Source of the DNA: Archangium sp.
Lineage (GTDB): Bacteria; Myxococcota; Myxococcia; Myxococcales; Myxococcaceae
Direction of reading: 5' to 3'
DNA: 11,812 nucleotides
Assembly: GCA_031367385.1 (NCBI GenBank)
Contig: JANLPS010000064.1
Location: forward strand, 1-11,812
The position numbers were made by a program, and so were the translations under genes. Below the pieces are notes generated by a model, which made no database searches, was not told the DNA's origin, and was given only the letters and a program-made list of their open reading frames with translations. How positions within the stretch are numbered: position 1 is the first letter of the stretch; the number at the start of each line of letters is the position of its first letter. Of the stretch, positions 1-6,161 are shown piece after piece.

Positions 1-2
1 TG

Positions 3-878
3 ACCTTGGTGGCGTACCTCGAGTGGGTGCCCGACCTGATCCCCGCGGCGTTCGGGGGCGGCCCGCGCAGCACCAGCAGTGACGCCCTGCTCCTCACCCG
101 GGCATTCTTTCTGACCGTCGCGCTCTTCTGGGCCACGGTCATCGGCTGGGTCATGCGCCGCGCCTATCAATCGGCGATTCGCCTCGCGCTCGGCGCCCGC
201 GACGACGTGCTGCGCATGCATGAAGACTCGACCCAGACCTTGACCACGCTCGCCGCCGAAATCGCTCACGAGCTCAAGAACCCATTGGCCAGCGTCAAGG
301 GCCTCGCCGCGCTGGTCGACCGTGAGGCCGTCGGCAAAGAGAAAGAACGCCTCGGCGTGCTGCGACGCGAGGTCGATCGCATGCAAGACATTCTCGAGTC
401 GTTCTTGAACTTCTCGCGGCCGCTGGTGCCGCTGGCGCTGGCGCCGGTACGGCTGAGCGAGGTGGTCGACCACGTCGTCGCGCTCTACGAAGGCGTCGCG
501 CGTGAGCGAGGCATCGAGCTTCGTACTGCTGCACAGCCTGAGCTCGCGGTCAGCGCCGATGAACGAAAACTCAAGCAGGTGCTGATCAACCTGGTGCAGA
601 ACGCGCTCGACGTGACTCCGCCGCAAGGGGCGGTCGACCTGATCAGCGCCCGCGATGGCACCGGTGCGAAGATTAGCGTGATGGACCGGGGGCCTGGCCT
701 CAGCGACCCCGAGCGGGCCTTCGACCCCGGAGTCACCTCGAAGAAGACAGGCAGCGGGTTGGGGCTCACGGTCGCGCGCTTGATTGCCCGGCAGCACGGC
801 GGTGACCTTCAGCTGCTGCCACGGGTCGATGGTGGCACGGTGGCCGAGCTGACCTTGCCAGCGGGGCCTCCAGTATGA
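3..878 (+). CDS. Sensor histidine kinase (HisKA + HATPase_c), 5'-truncated by the window edge
   Basis: Frame is open from the window start. TM segment (AFFLTVALFWATVIGWV), H-box AAEIAHELKNPL, N-box QVLINLVQNALD, G1 DRGPG, F-box AFDPGVTSK, G2 GSGLGL. Stop overlaps the next gene's start (ATGA, 875-878). Confidence 0.95.
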   Translation, partial: TLVAYLEWVPDLIPAAFGGGPRSTSSDALLLTRAFFLTVALFWATVIGWVMRRAYQSAIRLALGARDDVLRMHEDSTQTLTTLAAEIAHELKNPLASVKGLAALVDREAVGKEKERLGVLRREVDRMQDILESFLNFSRPLVPLALAPVRLSEVVDHVVALYEGVARERGIELRTAAQPELAVSADERKLKQVLINLVQNALDVTPPQGAVDLISARDGTGAKISVMDRGPGLSDPERAFDPGVTSKKTGSGLGLTVARLIARQHGGDLQLLPRVDGGTVAELTLPAGPPV

Positions 879-2209
879 GCGGCTCGGTGTTGGTGGTCGA
901 CGATGACGATGGCGTGCGTTTCATGCTGCGCGAGCTGCTCGAAGAAGAAGGCCTTCGCGTCGCAGAGGCGGCTGACGGTCTGCGGGCGCTCGAGGTCTTG
1001 GCGCAGACCCCGTACGACCTGGTGGTGAGCGACCTGCGAATGCCGAAGCTCGATGGGCTGGGGCTGCTGTCGCGAATTCAGCAACTGCCCGAGCCTCGGC
1101 CACAAGTCATCGTCATCACCGCGCATGGCAGTGAGCGCCACGCGGTCGAGGCGATGAAGCTCGGAGCGCTCGACTACTTTCGCAAACCCTTCGACGTCGA
1201 CGCGGTGCTGCCAGTGGTTCGCCGGGCGCTGGGCTCGGTCAAATTGGCGCGAGAGAACACCCGACTGCACGGCGAAGTGACGCTGCTGCGAAGCCTGGTC
1301 TTCGTCTCGGCCGCGATGTCGAGGCTGGCCGAGCTCGTCACCCGGGTCGCTCCGCGTGACGTGACCGTGCTGATCACCGGCGAGAGCGGCACTGGCAAAG
1401 AGCGAATCGCCGAGGCGTTGGTGCGGGCCTCGAAGCGGGCCGACACGCCGTTCGTGCGCTTCAACTGCGCGGCGCTCACCGAAGAGCTCGCCGAGGCCGA
1501 GCTGTTCGGGCACTCGAAAGGGGCGTTCACTGGCGCGACCAGGGCCAGGCCCGGCCTGTTTCGCGAGGCCGATGGAGGCACGCTGTTCCTCGACGAGGTC
1601 GGCGAGCTGGGCGCGGCGGTGCAGGCGAAGCTGCTGCGGGTGTTGCAAGAGGGCGAGGTGCGGCCGGTTGGCGAAGAGAAGTCGATCAAGGTCGACGTGC
1701 GCCTGTTGGCGGCCACGCATCGCGACCTCACGGCCGAGGTGAAAGCCGGGCGCTTTCGCGAAGACCTGCTCTACCGCTTGAAGGTGGTGCACCTCCACGT
1801 GCCGGCGTTGCGCGAGCGGCCTGAAGACATCGCCGTATTGGCGCGGCACTTCTTCGCGCGAGCCTCGAGATCATTCGGAGTGCCTGCCATCGCGCCGACC
1901 CCCGCGCACCTCGAGCGGCTGGTGGCGTGGCCATGGCCTGGCAACGTGCGCGAGCTCGAGAACGTCATCGAAGGAGCGATCGCCCTCTCAGCCGATGGCA
2001 CGGTCGACCTGGCGATGCTGCCCAGCGAAGTCAGCAGCGCCGAGCCTGCCCACGCCGGGCTCAAAGAGAAGGTCGAAGCGCTCGAGCGGGGCCTTATCTT
2101 CGCAGCGATGGACGCAGCGAAGGGCAATGTCTCCGAGGCGGCAAGGCAGCTCAGAATCGGCCGAGCCACCCTTCACGACAAGCTCGCCAAGTACCCCCGC
2201 TCGCCCTGA
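875..2209 (+). CDS. Sigma-54-dependent response regulator (NtrC/AtoC-type: REC + AAA+ + Fis HTH)
   Basis: Receiver motifs VLVVDDD, phospho-Asp in VVSDLRMP, and KPF. Walker A GESGTGKE, intact GAFTGA loop, Walker B LFLDEV, GRFREDLLYRL, WPGNVRELEN, Fis HTH GNVSEAARQLRIGRATLHDKL. Confidence 0.97.
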   Translation: MSGSVLVVDDDDGVRFMLRELLEEEGLRVAEAADGLRALEVLAQTPYDLVVSDLRMPKLDGLGLLSRIQQLPEPRPQVIVITAHGSERHAVEAMKLGALDYFRKPFDVDAVLPVVRRALGSVKLARENTRLHGEVTLLRSLVFVSAAMSRLAELVTRVAPRDVTVLITGESGTGKERIAEALVRASKRADTPFVRFNCAALTEELAEAELFGHSKGAFTGATRARPGLFREADGGTLFLDEVGELGAAVQAKLLRVLQEGEVRPVGEEKSIKVDVRLLAATHRDLTAEVKAGRFREDLLYRLKVVHLHVPALRERPEDIAVLARHFFARASRSFGVPAIAPTPAHLERLVAWPWPGNVRELENVIEGAIALSADGTVDLAMLPSEVSSAEPAHAGLKEKVEALERGLIFAAMDAAKGNVSEAARQLRIGRATLHDKLAKYPRSP

Positions 2210-2223
2210 GCGAAGTCGAAGGG
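2197..2223. repeat. REP-like extragenic element CCGCTCGCCCTGAGCGAAGTCGAAGGG
   Basis: Resembles the CCCTGAGCGAAGTCGAAGGG-type dispersed intergenic repeat that I recall from many bacterial genomes. It contains the regulator's TGA (2207-2209). Only one clear copy in the window. Confidence 0.55.
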
Positions 2224-2231
2224 TCCCGGCC

Positions 2232-2375
2232 CTACTCGCTCACACGAATCGCAAACATGTACCTACCGTACGCGCCGTAGATGCCGCTGACCTTCGACCA
2301 GGTGAGGGGTGACCGGGTTGAGCGAGCCGATCGACGTGTTGCCACCCGAGAAGACGACGATCCAGAAAACGAGAA
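2232..2375 (-). pseudogene. C-terminal remnant of a beta-strand-rich protein with a +1 frameshift
   Basis: Minus strand reads FWIVVFSGGNTSIGSLNPVT, then after one extra C in a C4 run (plus-strand gggg 2306-2309) LTWSKVSGIYGAYGRYMFAIRVSE*. Third codon positions are mostly G/C on both sides. No convincing start. Confidence 0.4.
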
Positions 2376-2467
2376 CACCTGAGCAGCCGACACCTGGCGC
2401 CGCGCGGCGAATCGGCCCAGGCGTGACCACTGGAGTGCACGCACGGTCGCGGTGCTATGACTCGCCG

Positions 2468-2932
2468 ATGCACGGACGCTGGTTGCTGACGATGGTCATC
2501 GCGCTCGCTTCGATCAACGCCGTGGCCGGCCGCTGATTGACGACGCGCCTACGCAGGCGCAGCGGGTTCACCTCATCGACGAGGAGCTCAAGGTCGCCCC
2601 GACGGGGTGGCCGACCGGTGCGATCATCGGTGCGGTCGCGGGCTATTCGCTGTTCGGCGTCGCAGCCACGGTTGGCCTCTGCATGGCGTACCTGGTGGGG
2701 CCCTTAGTCGCTGGCGCTGATCGCCGTGAGCCCGCTCGGGTTCTCGATGGTGCCCCTCGTCGGAGCGCTCGTCGCGACGGTCATCGGCATCGTCGTTCGC
2801 CACGAGCGAGCGCACCGCATCGAGGTGCTCGAAGACGAGCGGCGTACCCTGCTCGAGGAGCGGTTCGATCCGGCGATCCCTCCTCCGCAAGTCATGGCGC
2901 CATCGAGCTCGATTCGACTCGCCAGCTTCTGA
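2468..2932 (+). pseudogene. Small exported/membrane protein (~154 aa) broken by two compensating frameshifts
   Basis: Signal-like MHGRWLLTMVIALASINAVAG (TGA 2534-2536), a -1 shift into LIDDAPTQAQRVHLIDEELKVAPTGWPTGAIIGAVAGYSLFGVAATVGLCMAYLVGPL, then a +1 shift near 2704-2710 into LALIAVSPLGFSMVPLVGALVATVIGIVVRHERAHRIEVLEDERR...IRLASF*. Total span 465 nt, a multiple of 3. Confidence 0.65.
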
Positions 2933-2979
2933 GCGAAGGCCTCACCCGGGCGAACAAATCTCGTCGCTCGCTCATCGCG

Positions 2980-3549
2980 TTACATCGAGAAGTCTTCGGC
3001 ACGTTCAAAATCTACACCGGTGATGCCCGCGCCGACGCACGCGTCACGCACGTCTGGGTGAACGATGATGACCTGCGAGTGCTCAGCGGCCCGGAACATG
3101 CGAAGGCCATGCAGGGCGGCGTCTGCGAGCACCAGCGAATCGATGAACTCGATGCGGTTGGCGACCGGGTCTCATTGCACCAGCGAGCGCTCCATCTCGA
3201 AGCAGGTCACGCGCCCGATGAGATTTGCCAAGGCGTAATCATCGGTACTGGTGCCGTCGGCCGGGTTCTCAACGACCATTGGGTAAAAGTCGAGGTTGGC
3301 TACGCCGCACGAGGCGAGGAGCGCCCGCAGGCGCGCCGAGAACACGAGGCCGGTCGTGCCCGGAGCAATCAGGTTGTCAGTGAGAATGCCCGGCGCGTCG
3401 GCATCGCGGGCAAGCTGAATCAATGACACCGCCTGCGTCACCCGTTCTCCTTGATCGAATCGCTGGCCCACGCTCGCGATGGCCGCCGGTCGCCCCTCGA
3501 TACGCGTCTGGTGATCATTGCTGCGTCGGCTGCGCCACACCCAGTGCAT
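2980..3549 (-). pseudogene. Imm11/DUF1629-like immunity protein (189 codons) with an internal in-frame TGA at 3172-3174
   Basis: ATG at 3549 (MHWVW...). Motifs LTDNL..GLVFSARLRALL...NLDFYPMVVEN...DDYALANLIGRVTCFEMERS. The same frame continues past the TGA as DPVANRIEFIDSLVLADAALHGLRMFRAAEHSQVIIVHPDVRDACVGAGITGVDFERAEDFSM to TAA at 2980-2982, matching the usual Imm11 C-terminus (LVL..FR...IIV...V...GITG..F). Confidence 0.8.
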
Positions 3550-3595
3550 TTCAATCACCCTCGACTGTAGAGTCTTACAACACGCCGATTCACCG

Positions 3596-3727
3596 GGTCT
3601 GACTCGGCACGACACCACCCTCACCGGCCTGTCGAGGCTTCACCCCTCACCTCGCCACCCCCGGGCATCGGCACCTCGACGCGTCACCCCTCGCCTCGCC
3701 ACCCCTGGTACCGGCCCGACGAGGCTT
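3596..3727. repeat. Degenerate tandem repeat, about 3 units of 43-44 nt, C-rich with pentamer sub-periodicity
   Basis: TCACCCCTC(A/G)CCTCGCCACCCC at 3640-3661 and 3684-3705 (21/22 identical, 44 nt apart). ACCGGCC(T/C)G(T/A)CGAGGCTT at 3623-3640 and 3710-3727 (16/18 identical, 87 nt apart). Confidence 0.75.
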
Positions 3728-3745
3728 TCCTGAGTGGTTTTGGCA

Positions 3746-3787
3746 GGTTCGAAATCGATAAATCACCGTGAATATCGCTTTCGGGCC
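3746..3787 (+). promoter_or_regulatory. Inverted repeat / hairpin upstream of the 3838 gene (operator or leader RNA stem)
   Basis: CGAAATCGATA (3750-3760) and TATCGCTTTCG (3773-3783) pair at 10/11 positions. The stem extends to 15 positions through two G-U and two G-C pairs (GGTT 3746-3749 / GGCC 3784-3787). It lies in a locally AT-rich patch ending 50 nt before the ATG. Confidence 0.55.
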
Positions 3788-3837
3788 CCCGTCTGACCCC
3801 CAGCATTCACACACGCAGTCTCCAAAAGGGGTACCCC

Positions 3838-4566
3838 ATGTCGCGTATCAAAGAGTCGATTTTGCAGGCGGCGATGTTGCTGAACCGAAACGAGCTCACC
3901 ATTTACAAGCTCGATACCGAGTTCGTCGAAATCAACGCCCGGTTCGGCATCCACTCCGTCGAGCAGCGCGAAGCCCAGCTCCGGGAGCGGCTGATTGATT
4001 ACGCCCCCGCCGGCCCCCACCTTCTCGAGCTCATCGACGCCCTCAATGAAGCGTCGAACGAGGTCGACCTGGTGCGGCCGACGCCCAGCGGCGTGCCGAA
4101 GCTCTCAGAGCCCGTCTACGCCGATCGCAACGTGCTGATGGCCCAGCTCATCGCCTGGGAGATCACCGGCCTGGTGCCCAAAGCCGAGGTCGACCGCATC
4201 AAGGCAGGCCAAGGCGTCATCGACGCCGCGCGCGATGTGCTCGCCATCGTCAAGCTCACCTCGAAGTACCCCGTCACCAAGCCGAAGCTGATGAGCACTC
4301 CGCAAGAGCTCGCCGAGATGGTCAAGCGCGCCAACGCGTTGCTGGCGCTCGCCAAGAAAGTCGGAGCCCGCAGCCACGCCGCCGAGGCATACCACCAGGC
4401 GCTCGAAGTGCAGTCGCGCATCTGGAAGCTCGTGCAGCGGCAGCACGAGGTGCTGTGGATTCATGGCACGCAGGTGTTCGGCCGCGAGGTCGATGAATTC
4501 GTGCCTCCACTCGGCTCGCGGGTGGTCGCGAAAAAAGCGGCCGCCGTCGTTCCTCCGAACACCTGA
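3838..4566 (+). CDS. Hypothetical predominantly alpha-helical protein (242 aa), resembling an uncharacterised myxobacterial family
   Basis: AAGGGG RBS before the ATG, high GC at third positions, no signal peptide. Motifs GLVP..EV.RIK.G.G.IDAA.D and RIW.LV...H..LW..G..VFGREVDEFVPPL.SR recall a Polyangium/Sorangium-type hypothetical family (from memory, unverified). Confidence 0.85.
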   Translation: MSRIKESILQAAMLLNRNELTIYKLDTEFVEINARFGIHSVEQREAQLRERLIDYAPAGPHLLELIDALNEASNEVDLVRPTPSGVPKLSEPVYADRNVLMAQLIAWEITGLVPKAEVDRIKAGQGVIDAARDVLAIVKLTSKYPVTKPKLMSTPQELAEMVKRANALLALAKKVGARSHAAEAYHQALEVQSRIWKLVQRQHEVLWIHGTQVFGREVDEFVPPLGSRVVAKKAAAVVPPNT

Positions 4567-4619
4567 GAGCGGAGGCTCTGCGCAACCGCCGCGACGGGCA
4601 AGGGCAGAGTAAGAACCCA

Positions 4620-6158
4620 ATGGTGAGCTCACGCGCCGTCTTGGTACCCGTGTTGCTGTTGACCGTCGGTTGCCTCGGCCGACCGGGCGCGCTCGCTGAG
4701 CCTGACGCGGGGCAGCTTGACCTTGCTGACGGCGGGGCGACCGACGCGGGGCCCGACCGCTCATTCGACGCGGGCATTGGGCGCTCGTTCGACGCGGGGT
4801 GGCCCGGCTGGCGCACCCGCATGGCCAAGCCCAACACCCTCTACGACATCAGCGACAACACGCTCGGCGAGCTGCACTTCTTCGATGCCGGCGCCCAGAT
4901 ACCGACGCAGTTCGCCAACGCCGACGACGGCTTCGCCGGCAGCGGCGGCGGCATTCTCGGGTACGGCGGCGGAGTGCTCTTTCGCGACCGCGGCCCCTTC
5001 GGGGTGATCGCTTTCGGTTCTGGCGGCCACAACTTCGCGGGCAACTACACCGGAGCGCTCGACCTCAACCGCGACCTCGCCCACTACGAGATCTTTCAAC
5101 CGCCCCTCTACGCCGACCACCCGACTCCGGGCGCTGAGTTCTACTGGAGCCCGACCGACGCCGCGGCGTTGCCTGCGAAGAACCAGTTTCCCCACGTGGC
5201 GTTCGACGCGACGAAGTTCGACGGCACCTACCCGGTCGCGATTGGCGGTTGGGTCTACCCGGGGCCGGTCAAATACCTGGAGACCGCGACCAACGTACCC
5301 ACCGGTCAGTACCGGTACGACCAGCACTTCTACATTCCCAAGCAGTTCACCGGGCTGGGCACTGGAGTCTGGTTCATTCCCGCGAACTTGTTCATCACGC
5401 CCGGCTTCATCTATGGCATCGACGGCGCGCTGTGCTCCGACTTCTGGCCTGGCGGCGGCAAGAAGTTCTATTCGCACTATCAGCGCGAAGACACGAAGGC
5501 CTGGGGCCGCACCGCTTCTGCAATACCCGCGGGCATGTCGCCGGGCGGGTTCTACCCCGGCTTCTTCGGCGGCTCGGCGGGGTTCTCAGAGAAGCACAAG
5601 CTGGTCTTCGTGCCCGCGGGCAGCTCCAACGAGGCCGCGGTCTTCGACCTGAGCAATGGCCTCGAGCAAGGCACCTGGGCGTGGAGGTCATGCGCCCTGA
5701 AGTCTCAGTGGCGTGGCCATGCGCTGGGCAAGAGCGCGATGTCGAACGGCCACCCCCGCAATCGCGCCTTCTATGTCTGGTACGGCGTCGACAACACGAT
5801 CAACGTCGTCGACCTCGATGACCCGACCTACCCGCTGTACGCCGTGCCGCTCCCCGGGTTGCTGGCGGGCCCCTCGAACCTCGGAGAGCGCGCCGGGTTG
5901 CACTACGTGCCGAGGCTCGATCGCTTCGTCGCGTTCGGCATCTCGGGGAGCACCGCGTACTGTCAAAAGCTCAAGGTGCCCGATGACCTGTCAGACTTCG
6001 CCTCGTACCAGCTCGAGACGGTGGCGCTCGAAGCCGCGCCAGGGGTCGACCTCTCGGGCGCGTACACCCCCTCGGGCCTGGTGCAATACGTCGAGTCGCT
6101 CGACGCCTTCGTCGTGCTCTCGCGCGGCTCTCCGGCCAAGGCCTTTCGGGTCGAGTAG
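4620..6158 (+). CDS. Putative lipoprotein with DAG-repeat linker and Gly/aromatic-rich beta-propeller-like (Kelch-like) domain
   Basis: Signal peptide MVSSRAVLVPVLLLTVG-C18, linker with DAG/DGG motifs, then a beta-rich domain with FGSGGHNFAGN. Codon usage is strongly coding-like. The fold call is low confidence. Confidence 0.85.
   Translation: MVSSRAVLVPVLLLTVGCLGRPGALAEPDAGQLDLADGGATDAGPDRSFDAGIGRSFDAGWPGWRTRMAKPNTLYDISDNTLGELHFFDAGAQIPTQFANADDGFAGSGGGILGYGGGVLFRDRGPFGVIAFGSGGHNFAGNYTGALDLNRDLAHYEIFQPPLYADHPTPGAEFYWSPTDAAALPAKNQFPHVAFDATKFDGTYPVAIGGWVYPGPVKYLETATNVPTGQYRYDQHFYIPKQFTGLGTGVWFIPANLFITPGFIYGIDGALCSDFWPGGGKKFYSHYQREDTKAWGRTASAIPAGMSPGGFYPGFFGGSAGFSEKHKLVFVPAGSSNEAAVFDLSNGLEQGTWAWRSCALKSQWRGHALGKSAMSNGHPRNRAFYVWYGVDNTINVVDLDDPTYPLYAVPLPGLLAGPSNLGERAGLHYVPRLDRFVAFGISGSTAYCQKLKVPDDLSDFASYQLETVALEAAPGVDLSGAYTPSGLVQYVESLDAFVVLSRGSPAKAFRVE
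4758..4798 (+). repeat. Intragenic 24-nt-period duplication encoding RSFDAG twice
   Basis: CGCTC(A/G)TTCGACGCGGG at 4758-4774 and 4782-4798. Confidence 0.7.
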
Positions 6159-6161
6159 GCG

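Noticed and set aside
809..1849. 346-aa minus-strand ORF
   Set aside because: Antisense shadow of the sigma-54 regulator, typical of high-GC DNA.
2300..2312. 13-nt inverted match to the repeat core at 3640-3652, suggesting element ends around the decayed patch
   Set aside because: The match does not extend, and a few 13-mer matches are expected by chance in 12 kb of GC-rich DNA.
3172..3174. Selenocysteine or TGA-recoded genetic code
   Set aside because: TGA is a normal stop in several genes here (878, 2209, 4566, 9743, 10222). The position is not an evident redox Cys site, and I cannot identify a convincing SECIS hairpin.
2683..3426. 247-aa plus-strand ORF
   Set aside because: A chimera of an off-frame run through the frameshifted membrane gene and the antisense of the Imm11-like gene.
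3596..3727. CRISPR array
   Set aside because: Only two good copies of a non-palindromic 22-mer, the intervening sequences are themselves related, and there are no cas genes in the window.
3740..3757. Sigma-54 -24/-12 promoter at TTGGCAGG
   Set aside because: GG-N10 is followed by AT rather than the required GC.
4566..4612. Rho-independent terminator after the 242-aa gene
   Set aside because: Only a short AGAGC-GGAG-GCTCT stem with no U-tract; too weak to call.
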